NCBI GenBank assembly: GCA_035627155.1
Contig: DASPMF010000173.1
Coordinates: 1-45,704 of the forward strand
Length of the DNA: 45,704 nucleotides
Direction: 5' to 3'
Source of the DNA: Burkholderiales bacterium
GTDB taxonomy: Bacteria > Pseudomonadota > Gammaproteobacteria > Burkholderiales > SG8-39
The notes beneath the pieces were generated by a model that was not told the origin of the DNA, searched no databases, and worked only from the letters and a program-made list of their open reading frames with translations. Numbering within the stretch: the first letter of the stretch is position 1; the number at the start of each line of letters is the position of its first letter. The translations under genes and the position numbers were made by a program. Positions 36,397 to 45,704 of the stretch are shown here, piece after piece.

Positions 36397-36989
36397 GCGC
36401 GGCGCTCGGCGGCGCGGTCGTTCCGCTCGGCGCCCGGTACCGGCTGCTCGCGCCCGCGCGGCCCTATCGCGACGCGGTGCTGCGCTATCTCGCCGGCCTC
36501 GACGCCGAACCGCCGCAGGACGGGGCGGCGCCGAAGCTTCGCGAGCTCCGCCAGGCGGCCGGCGGCCGCGTGGCGATCGCGTTCGAGGACGGCGGGCTGC
36601 TGCAGTGGCTGGATGCGTGGCAGAACGCAATCCTGCCGGCCGACTTCCACGCGCTCGAGAAGCTGCGCCCGGCGCGCCGCCGCGCGCGGGGCATTTTCGC
36701 CGCCCTCGGGCATGACCCCGACGTCCTCGCCGGCCGCCCCGTCGGCGGGCTCAGCCTGCTCGAGAGCCGGCTCGTCGGCTTCGTCAAGGCGATGCTCATG
36801 GAAGCGGACCTGCTCGTGCTGGACGGCCTGCACGAGCGCCTGGGGCCCGAAGAGCAGCAGCAGGTGTCCGGCTGGATCCGCCTTTTCCGCGACCGTTATC
36901 CGCTGCGCCGCCTGCTCTACGTCGGCCTGCACGAGGAGCCGGCGGTCGCGGAGTTTGACGACCTGCGCGACGACCTGAGGCGCGCATGA
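36393..36989 (+). CDS. Degenerate ABC ATPase homologue (MlaF-like fold, no Walker A)
   Basis: Aligns by eye to the Q-loop-to-H-loop part of MlaF: VAIAFEDGGLL (Q replaced by E), LSLLESR in place of LSGGxxxR, LLVLDGL in place of LLLLDEP, and GLHEE. No GxxGxGK[ST] is present in this frame, even in the upstream extension to 36171. Confidence 0.65.
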   Translation: MSAALGGAVVPLGARYRLLAPARPYRDAVLRYLAGLDAEPPQDGAAPKLRELRQAAGGRVAIAFEDGGLLQWLDAWQNAILPADFHALEKLRPARRRARGIFAALGHDPDVLAGRPVGGLSLLESRLVGFVKAMLMEADLLVLDGLHERLGPEEQQQVSGWIRLFRDRYPLRRLLYVGLHEEPAVAEFDDLRDDLRRA

Positions 36990-37993
36990 AGATGGACCGC
37001 GACGAAACGCTCGTCAAGCCGCGCGGCCTGCGCGGCGCGCTCCTCTTCGCGCTGCCGGCGCTGATCGGCGTCCTGCTGGTCGCCACCGTGATCGCGTGGA
37101 AGCAGGAGCTCTTCGCGAGCCGCACCCCGATCTACGCCTTCAGCGACAGCGCGCTCGGCATGACGCGCGGGATGCCGGTCAAGGTCTTCGGCATCACCGT
37201 GGGAAGCGTGTCCGGCGTGGAGATCGTGCCGGGCGCCCCGGGCGCCCGGGGCCGGGTGCGCGTGCGCATGGACATCAACAGCGAATTCCTGCAGCACATC
37301 ACCCGTGATTCGCGCGCGCGCCTCATGCGGGAGACGCTGGTAGGGCAGAGCGTCATCGAGATCGTTCCGGGTGCGCTGCAGTCGCGGCCGGTGGCGCGCA
37401 ACGAAGTCATCGCCTTCGAGCGCGGCAAGACGCTCGGCGAGCTGTCCGAGGAGCTCAACAAGGCGCTCGAGCCGGTGCTCGCGCAGGTGAAGGACGCCAT
37501 GGCGGACCTTCGCAACCCGGACGGCCAGGTGCACAAGTCGATGCAGCAGGTGTCGGTGCTGCTGCAGGAGCTGCCCGAGACGAACCGGCGGCTGCAAAGC
37601 GTGATGGACGGCGCGACGCGCACGCTCGGCAAGGCCGAGCACCTGCTCGGCACGGCGGACCGTGCGATGGCGGGCACCGCGGCCAGGGCGGAGTCCGCGC
37701 TGGGCGAGATCGAGAAGACCGCGGGGACCGTCGGCGCCGCCGCCCCGGGCATCCTGCTCAAGATCGACGCGGCGGCGGAGAGCCTCGCGCGCACCTCCGA
37801 CTCGGCGCGCCGGCTCACCGAAGACGCCGCCCGGCGCATGCCGCCGCTCCTCGACGACGGCGCCTCGGTCGTGCGCAATGTCGGCGAGGTGGTGGAGGGG
37901 GCGCGCGGCGCGTGGCCGCTGCGCAACTTCGTCGAGCAGCCGGGCGTGAAGACGCTGCCGATCGACACGCACGAGACGTCCGGCCCGCGCTGA
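36986..37993 (+). CDS. MlaD/MCE-family protein (second copy) with helical C-terminus
   Basis: TM segment ALLFALPALIGVLLVATVIAW, then MCE core GMPVKVFGITVGSVSGVEI. The start overlaps the upstream stop (ATGA). Confidence 0.8.
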   Translation: MKMDRDETLVKPRGLRGALLFALPALIGVLLVATVIAWKQELFASRTPIYAFSDSALGMTRGMPVKVFGITVGSVSGVEIVPGAPGARGRVRVRMDINSEFLQHITRDSRARLMRETLVGQSVIEIVPGALQSRPVARNEVIAFERGKTLGELSEELNKALEPVLAQVKDAMADLRNPDGQVHKSMQQVSVLLQELPETNRRLQSVMDGATRTLGKAEHLLGTADRAMAGTAARAESALGEIEKTAGTVGAAAPGILLKIDAAAESLARTSDSARRLTEDAARRMPPLLDDGASVVRNVGEVVEGARGAWPLRNFVEQPGVKTLPIDTHETSGPR

Positions 37994-38832
37994 TGCGCCT
38001 CGGCCTCGTCCTCTGCGTTCTCCTCGCGGCCGGATGCGCGTCCGGGCCGGTCGCGAAGCTGCCCGCGAAGCGGCAGCAGGCGATCGAGGTCAACAACCGC
38101 GGCACCGCCCTTTTCATGCGCGGCGACTACGCCGGCGCCATCGCGCAGTACCGCGCCGCGCTCGAGCTCGAGCGGTCGGTGGAGAACGAGGATGGCATCG
38201 CGGCGAACCTCATCAACCTGTCCATCGCCTACCAGCGGCAGGGAGACCGCGCCGCGGCCTCGGCGGCGGTCGCCGGGATCCTGGACGAAGGGGTGCTGCG
38301 CTTTTCGCCGCAGCGCGTCGCGGAGGCGGCGTTGCGCGATGCGATCCTGCGCTTCGACGCCGGCGACGCCGACGGCTCGGCCGGCTCGCTTTCGCGCGCC
38401 CGCAGCGCCTGCGCCGCGCCGTGCGTGCTCGCCGGAAAGCTGGACAACATGGAGGCGCAGCTCGCCTATGAACGCGGGGAGCTCGAGGCCGCCCGGGAGG
38501 CCGCGAACCGTGCGCTCGCGGCAAACCGCGCGAGCGGCGACCGCGACGAAGTGGCGAACGCCTTGCGCCTGCTCGGTGCGATCGAAATCGAGCGCAAGGA
38601 CCTTGCCGCCGCGCGGGCGGCGCTTGCCGAAGCCCTGCAGATCGACAAGGCGCTCGCCGTGCCGCCGCGCATCTACCGCGACCTCGTGCTGCTCGGGCGC
38701 GCCGCGGCAGCGGCGTCGGACGCCCAGGCGGCGCGGAGGTACTACGCCCGCGCGCTCGCCGTGGCGCGCGCGGTCCCGGACGAGCGCTCGGTCGCCGAGG
38801 CCACGCGCCTCTCCGCGGCCCTGCCGAGGTAG
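37993..38832 (+). CDS. TPR-repeat lipoprotein
   Basis: Lipobox LLAAGC. Repeated TPR-like helices (NNRGTALFMRGDYAGAIAQYRAALEL ...). The start overlaps the upstream stop (TGATG). Confidence 0.75.
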   Translation: MRLGLVLCVLLAAGCASGPVAKLPAKRQQAIEVNNRGTALFMRGDYAGAIAQYRAALELERSVENEDGIAANLINLSIAYQRQGDRAAASAAVAGILDEGVLRFSPQRVAEAALRDAILRFDAGDADGSAGSLSRARSACAAPCVLAGKLDNMEAQLAYERGELEAAREAANRALAANRASGDRDEVANALRLLGAIEIERKDLAAARAALAEALQIDKALAVPPRIYRDLVLLGRAAAAASDAQAARRYYARALAVARAVPDERSVAEATRLSAALPR

Positions 38833-38835
38833 CGC

Positions 38836-39504
38836 CTACAGGACGCGAAGCAGGTCGAGCGGTTCCCGGATCACCGCGTCGGCGTTCCAGGCATGCGGAC
38901 CGCCGTTGTCCGGGCTCGTGTAGCCCCATTCCACGGCGACGGGCCGCATGCCGGCCGCGCGCCCGGCCTGGATGTCGCGCAGGTCGTCGCCGAGATACCA
39001 GCAGGTCGATGGCGCGAGGGAAAGCTTCTTCGCGGCGAGCAGCATCGGCGCCGGATGCGGCTTGAAATGCGGCGTGTCATCACCGCCCACCACGCACGCG
39101 GGCTCGAGCTTGAGGAACGTCACGATCCGCTCGGCGAAGCGGCGCGCCTTGTTCGTGACGATGCCCCATGCGAGGCCGCGCTCGCCGAGCGCGTGCAGCA
39201 GCTCCCGCATGCCCGGGAAGAGGGTGGTCTCCTCGCACATACGCGCCTCGTAGTGGCGAAGGAACGCTTCCCGCAGCGCAGGGTATTGCGCATCCTCGGG
39301 CTTGAGGGCAAAGCCGACGCGGAGCATGCCGCGCGCGCCCATGGAGGCGTACGGGCGCACGGCCTCGACCGGCAGCGGGGCGAGTCCAGCTTCGCCGCGC
39401 AGACGGTTCAAAGCACCGCCGAGATCCGCCGCTGTGTCTGCGAGGGTGCCGTCGAAGTCGAACAGCACCGCGCCCGGGACGTTACTCACGCGTGCAGCGC
39501 GCAA
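38836..39504 (-). CDS. HAD-IA phosphatase (phosphoglycolate phosphatase Gph / MurNAc-6-P phosphatase MupP-like)
   Basis: DFDGTLADT motif I, IVTNK motif [14 protein letters not shown] motif III/IV. The true start may be the GTG at 39489. Overlaps the ubiG 3' end. Confidence 0.85.
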   Translation of the reverse strand: MRAARVSNVPGAVLFDFDGTLADTAADLGGALNRLRGEAGLAPLPVEAVRPYASMGARGMLRVGFALKPEDAQYPALREAFLRHYEARMCEETTLFPGMRELLHALGERGLAWGIVTNKARRFAERIVTFLKLEPACVVGGDDTPHFKPHPAPMLLAAKKLSLAPSTCWYLGDDLRDIQAGRAAGMRPVAVEWGYTSPDNGGPHAWNADAVIREPLDLLRVL

Positions 39505-40183
39505 GGTAGTTGACGCTGCAGTCCGCCTCCAGCCGGTAGACCCTGGTGATGGGGTTGTAGGTCATGCCGGTCATCTCGTCCACGCGCAAGCCGGCCGCGC
39601 GGCACCAGCGCGCCAGCTCGGACGGCTTGATGAAGCGCTGGTAATCGTGCGTTCCCTTGGGAAGGAGGCCGAGGACGTACTCCGCGCCGAGCACCGCGAA
39701 GAGGTAGGCCTTCGGATTGCGGTTCAGCGTGGAGAAGAAGAGCGTGCCGCCGGGCTGGACGAGCCGGGCGCACGCGGCAACCATGCTTTCGGGGTCGGGG
39801 ACATGCTCGAGGAGCTCCATGCAGGTGACCACCTCGAACGCGCCGGCATGGCGCGCCGCGTAAGCCTCGACCGACGCGTGCTCGTAGCGGACCGCGGCGC
39901 CGCTTTCCAGGAGGTGCAGCTCGGCGACGCGCAGCGCTTTCTCGGAGAGATCGATGCCGCTCACCGCGGCGCCCCGGGCGGCCATCGCCTCGGCGAGGAT
40001 GCCGCCGCCGCAGCCGACGTCGAGCACCCTCTTGCCGGCAAGGCGCGCATGGCGGTCGATCCACTCCAGGCGCAGCGGGTTGATGTCGTGCAGCGGTCGG
40101 AATTCGCCACCCGGGTCCCACCAACGGTGCGCGAGGTCGCTGAATTTCTGCAGCTCGGCCGGGTCGGCGTTCACGCGGGGCAT
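39482..40183 (-). CDS. ubiG: Ubiquinone biosynthesis O-methyltransferase UbiG
   Basis: [42 protein letters not shown] and [10 protein letters not shown] are characteristic. In-frame ATG at 40183 within ORF-track 39482..41053. Confidence 0.9.
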   Translation of the reverse strand: MPRVNADPAELQKFSDLAHRWWDPGGEFRPLHDINPLRLEWIDRHARLAGKRVLDVGCGGGILAEAMAARGAAVSGIDLSEKALRVAELHLLESGAAVRYEHASVEAYAARHAGAFEVVTCMELLEHVPDPESMVAACARLVQPGGTLFFSTLNRNPKAYLFAVLGAEYVLGLLPKGTHDYQRFIKPSELARWCRAAGLRVDEMTGMTYNPITRVYRLEADCSVNYLARCTRE

Positions 40184-40189
40184 TGTCCC

Positions 40190-40218
40190 AAAAAAAGAGC
40201 CCCGCCTAGGCGGGGCTC
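40190..40218 (-). terminator. Rho-independent terminator downstream of the OmpA-like gene
   Basis: Perfect hairpin GAGCCCCGCC-TA-GGCGGGGCTC, followed on the minus strand by a 7-nt U-run. Confidence 0.75.
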
Positions 40219-40239
40219 CTTTCCGGCGTGCAGCGAACG

Positions 40240-41025
40240 CTAGCGCGTGCCGCTTGCGCCACCGGATGCGGTACCGGAGCCGCTGCCCGAGCCGGTTCCA
40301 GCGCCGCTGCCCGTCCCGGACGGCTCGGAGCCGGTCGCGGCCACCTCGCGGTGGCCGAGGACCTCGATCTCCACGCGCCGGTCCGGTTGCAGGCAGGACA
40401 CGAGCTTCTGGTTGCTGCCGCGCTCCGGCCCCATCTTCCCGCACTGGGCGACCGGCTCGCTCTCGCCCTTGCCTTCGGTCTGCACGCGATCCGGCGCTAC
40501 GCCTTTCTGCGTCAGATACTCCTTCACCGCCTGCGCCCGCCGCTCGGACAGGTCGCGGTTGTAATCCTCGGAAGCGATGCGGTCGGCATGGCCGACCACG
40601 ACCACGCGATCGACCTCGGCCCCCTGCATGGTCTGCGCGAGCTCGTCGAGCTTCTCGTGCGCGCCGGGCCGCAACTGCGCCTTGTTGAACTCGAACAGCA
40701 CGTCGGTTGACAGGTTGATGCGCTGGATCACCGGCGCGGGCGCCTGGACGATCGGCGCGACCGGGGCAGGCGCCGGTGCCTGGGTGACAGGCGGCGGAAC
40801 CGGCGCTGCGGCGGCGCGCGCCACGGCGTGGCAAGGCGCTGCCGCGTTGGCGGGCGTCCAGGCCCCGGTGGTCCAGCAGTTGCCGGACGCATCGGTCACC
40901 GGAACGCTGTCGGCGCCCGACGTGACGTACCCGGGAGCCGCGGCCCAGGCCCCGCCGGCCACCAGCGCCAGCGAGATCGCCACGGCGGTCCGGCTCCAGG
41001 GATTCATGCTCGGTTGCTTCCTCAT
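40240..41025 (-). CDS. OmpA-family peptidoglycan-binding protein with Pro/Ala linker and Gly/Ser/Thr-rich tail
   Basis: Signal peptide. OmpA_C core [20 protein letters not shown]...[39 protein letters not shown] before ATG 41025. Confidence 0.85.
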   Translation of the reverse strand: MRKQPSMNPWSRTAVAISLALVAGGAWAAAPGYVTSGADSVPVTDASGNCWTTGAWTPANAAAPCHAVARAAAAPVPPPVTQAPAPAPVAPIVQAPAPVIQRINLSTDVLFEFNKAQLRPGAHEKLDELAQTMQGAEVDRVVVVGHADRIASEDYNRDLSERRAQAVKEYLTQKGVAPDRVQTEGKGESEPVAQCGKMGPERGSNQKLVSCLQPDRRVEIEVLGHREVAATGSEPSGTGSGAGTGSGSGSGTASGGASGTR

Positions 41026-41117
41026 GCTCGTCTCCTTTCGGGAAGGCTTGCAAAAAGTGCTACGCCCGGAGCCCATGCGCCGGACGAATCACCCGAGTAG
41101 AGCAATCGGCATGCCCC

Positions 41118-41149
41118 AAAAAGCAAAAGCCCCGCGGAGCGGGGCTTTT
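41118..41149 (-). terminator. Rho-independent terminator downstream of the OmpA-like lipoprotein gene
   Basis: Hairpin AAAAGCCCCGC-GGA-GCGGGGCTTTT, with a U-run on the minus strand (TTTTGCTTTTT). Confidence 0.75.
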
Positions 41150-41173
41150 GCATGAGCCTTGCGGAAGGGGGAC

Positions 41174-41707
41174 TTAGCTGCGGCGCGTCCCGATGACTTC
41201 GATCTCGACGCGGCGGTTCTTGGCGCGGCCTTCCTTCGTCTTGTTGCTGGCGATCGGCTGGCGCTTGCCCTTGCCTTCGGTGTACACGCGGTTCGGCTCG
41301 ACGCCCTTGGAAACCAGGTACGCCTTCACGGCCTCGGCGCGGCGCACCGACAGCTTGTCGTTGTACTCGTGGGAGCCGATCTCGTCGGCGTGGCCGATGG
41401 CGATCACCACCTCGAGGTTGATGCTCTTCACCTTGTTGGCGAGATCATCGAGCTTGGCGCGGCCTTCCGGCTTCAGGTTCGCCTTGTCGAAGTCGAACGT
41501 CACGTCGGCGGCGAACGTCACCTTCTCGGCGACGGGCTTCGGCGCGGGCTTCGGCTTCGGGGCCGGCGCTGGCGCGGGCTTGGGCGGCGGGGGCGGCGGA
41601 ACCTGACGCGGCTGCTCGGGTTGCGGCGCGGGCTTCGGCTGTTCTTGCGTGGCGCATCCGGCCGCAGCGAACGCAACCGCGACCAACAGAATCCAGGCGT
41701 TCTTCAT
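41174..41707 (-). CDS. OmpA-family lipoprotein (Pal-like) with Pro-rich linker
   Basis: Lipobox AAAGC, PPPPPPKPAPAPAPKPKPAPKP linker, OmpA_C core FDFDKANLKPEGRAKLDDLA...IGHADEIGSHEYNDKLSVRRAEAVKAYL. RBS GGGGGAG. Confidence 0.85.
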   Translation of the reverse strand: MKNAWILLVAVAFAAAGCATQEQPKPAPQPEQPRQVPPPPPPKPAPAPAPKPKPAPKPVAEKVTFAADVTFDFDKANLKPEGRAKLDDLANKVKSINLEVVIAIGHADEIGSHEYNDKLSVRRAEAVKAYLVSKGVEPNRVYTEGKGKRQPIASNKTKEGRAKNRRVEIEVIGTRRS

Positions 41708-41765
41708 TGACTCCCCCTGCTTTGTTTTCGTTGAACTTCTTACCGGGCTCAAAACTTCTTATGCA

Positions 41766-43088
41766 TCAAGAGTCTGCGTGACTCCGCAGGGCATTCTGCC
41801 ATAACTGCACGGGAATTTCCAAGCCGGAAAGCGCTTTGTTCTGCAGAACGCCGCCCCGCAGTTGCCGGACCCCGCCGACCCAGACGTCGCTGACGTGCTC
41901 GCGACCGGCCGCGTAGACGAGCTGGGAGACCGGGTCGTAGCAGGGTTGCAGGTCGAGGCTGCGGAGGTCGACGGCCACCACGTCGCCGGCCTTTCCCCGC
42001 TGCAGCGTTCCGATCCGGTCGCCCAGGCCGAGCGCGCGCGCCCCCCCGAGGGTCGCCGCACGCAGCGCCGCATGAGCCGGCAGCGCCTCGGCGTCGCGCG
42101 CCACGGCCTTCGCAAGCAAGGCGGCGCTGCGCATTTCCTGCAGGATGTCGAGCCGGTTGTTGCTCGCCGCGCCGTCCGTTCCCAGGGCGACGTTCACCCC
42201 GGCGCCGAGAAGCGCATGGACGCTCGCGAAGCCGCTCGCGAGCTTCAGGTTGGACGACGGGCAATGGACCATGGAAGCGCCATGCCGCCCGAGCGTCTGG
42301 ATCTCTTCCGGCAGGAGATGCACCGCGTGCACGGCAATGAGGCCGGGGCCAAGCAGGCCCAGGCGCCCGAGTCGCTCCAGGGGGCGAACGCCGTGTTCGG
42401 CGACGGAGCGCTCGATCTCGTCGGTCGTCTCGTGGAGATGGATGTGCACCGGCAGGTCGAGCTCGGCGGCCAAGGTCGCGATGCGCCGGAAGCTGTCGTC
42501 CGAAACCGTGTAAGGCGCATGCGGCGCCAGGGTGAACGAGGCGAGCGGCTCGTCGGCATAGCGGTCGCGCAACGCGAGGCCCTTGCGCAGGTAGTCGGCC
42601 GGGTCGGACGCATAGGCGGACGGAAACTCGATGACGATGACGCCGTGCGCGGAGCGCATGCCGGCTGCGAGTGCCGCCTCCAAGGAGGCCTCGGGGAAGA
42701 AGTACATGTCGCTGAAGCACGTAATCCCGCCGCGCAGCATCTCGGCGCACGCGAGCAGCGTTCCTTCGCGGACGAACTTCGCCGTGACGTGCTTGGCCTC
42801 GGCCGGCCAGATGTGCTCCTGCAGCCAGCGCATGAGGGGCAGGTCGTCGGCAAGCCCGCGCATGAGCGACATCGCGGCATGCGTATGCGCATTGACGAGC
42901 CCCGGGATCAGGACGTGCGAGTCGAGGCGGACCTCCTCGTAGTCCGCGAAGCGGCCGAGCTCGGCCGGCGGCACGAGCGCTTCGATCGTTCCGTCGCGCA
43001 GTGCGAGCGCGTGGTGCTCGAGAACTGTTCCGGCCGGCTCCACCGGCACGATCCAGCGTGCTCGAAGAAGCGATTTTTCCGCCATCAT
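41766..43088 (-). CDS. mtaD: Amidohydrolase, 5-methylthioadenosine/S-adenosylhomocysteine deaminase (MtaD/TRZ-ATZ family)
   Basis: [30 protein letters not shown] metal-binding start, then HLHET and [11 protein letters not shown]. The position between gyrA and ubiG matches the synteny known in Pseudomonas. Confidence 0.8.
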   Translation of the reverse strand: MMAEKSLLRARWIVPVEPAGTVLEHHALALRDGTIEALVPPAELGRFADYEEVRLDSHVLIPGLVNAHTHAAMSLMRGLADDLPLMRWLQEHIWPAEAKHVTAKFVREGTLLACAEMLRGGITCFSDMYFFPEASLEAALAAGMRSAHGVIVIEFPSAYASDPADYLRKGLALRDRYADEPLASFTLAPHAPYTVSDDSFRRIATLAAELDLPVHIHLHETTDEIERSVAEHGVRPLERLGRLGLLGPGLIAVHAVHLLPEEIQTLGRHGASMVHCPSSNLKLASGFASVHALLGAGVNVALGTDGAASNNRLDILQEMRSAALLAKAVARDAEALPAHAALRAATLGGARALGLGDRIGTLQRGKAGDVVAVDLRSLDLQPCYDPVSQLVYAAGREHVSDVWVGGVRQLRGGVLQNKALSGLEIPVQLWQNALRSHADS

Positions 43089-43152
43089 TCTTTCTGCCTT
43101 GTCGAGAGGTTTTCCGAGGGAAAAACCGGGACTTACGTCGGTTCTCGCATGT

Positions 43153-43158
43153 TAAAAT
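43153..43158 (+). promoter_or_regulatory. TAAAAT hexamer in an AT-rich patch upstream of gyrA (candidate -10)
   Basis: Read directly, 15 nt before the gyrA ATG. No good -35 element or SD sequence. Confidence 0.2.
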
Positions 43159-43172
43159 TTTACCCCTTGAAT

Positions 43173-45704
<2,532 letters not shown>

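Overview
High-GC (about 70%) proteobacterial chromosome segment, densely coded (about 50 CDS plus one tmRNA). It is most likely from a betaproteobacterium, possibly Burkholderiales-like. The clues are the tmRNA tag ANDERFALAA, a Bug/TctC-family binding protein, and the gyrA / mtaD / ompA / ubiG / HAD-phosphatase synteny.

Layout, left to right:
- 1-2512: translationally coupled trio of adenylating ligase, NadE-like PP-loop enzyme and hexapeptide acyltransferase.
- 3018-5258, minus strand: c-di-GMP module made of a small GIY-YIG-like ORF, a CheY receiver, an EAL domain protein and an XRE regulator.
- 5411-8547: M48 peptidase, then a secreted caspase-fold (C14) protease coupled to a second DUF4384-like protein.
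- 8623-14330: PmtA-like methyltransferase, alpha/beta hydrolase and nitroreductase, convergent with a SelO / ornithine cyclodeaminase / FAD oxidoreductase operon.
- 14426-16680: small DUF2934-like ORF, VWA protein, Bug-family binding protein.
- 16727-20074: canonical Mla/MCE-type ABC cluster.
- 20234-21439: substrate-binding protein fused to a rhodanese-like domain.
- 21510-24176: four-gene membrane 'stress-like' cluster.
- about 25.05-32.7 kb: lower-GC copper/silver efflux island (cusCBAF plus accessory genes) ending 74 bp from the 3' end of ssrA (tmRNA, 32738-33106, minus strand).
- 33205-38832: six-gene cluster joining a CHASE2 class III cyclase to a second Mla/MCE-type module whose ATPase homologue lacks a Walker A motif. 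This is my top candidate for an undescribed system.
- 38836-45704: housekeeping genes (HAD phosphatase, ubiG, two OmpA-like genes, mtaD, gyrA).

No CRISPR array, IS element, integrase, rRNA or tRNA was seen. Many long ORFs in the supplied track are out-of-frame or antisense shadows typical of high-GC DNA. gyrA is real but absent from the track because it runs off the window end. All family names are from reading motifs by eye and need HMM or BLAST confirmation.
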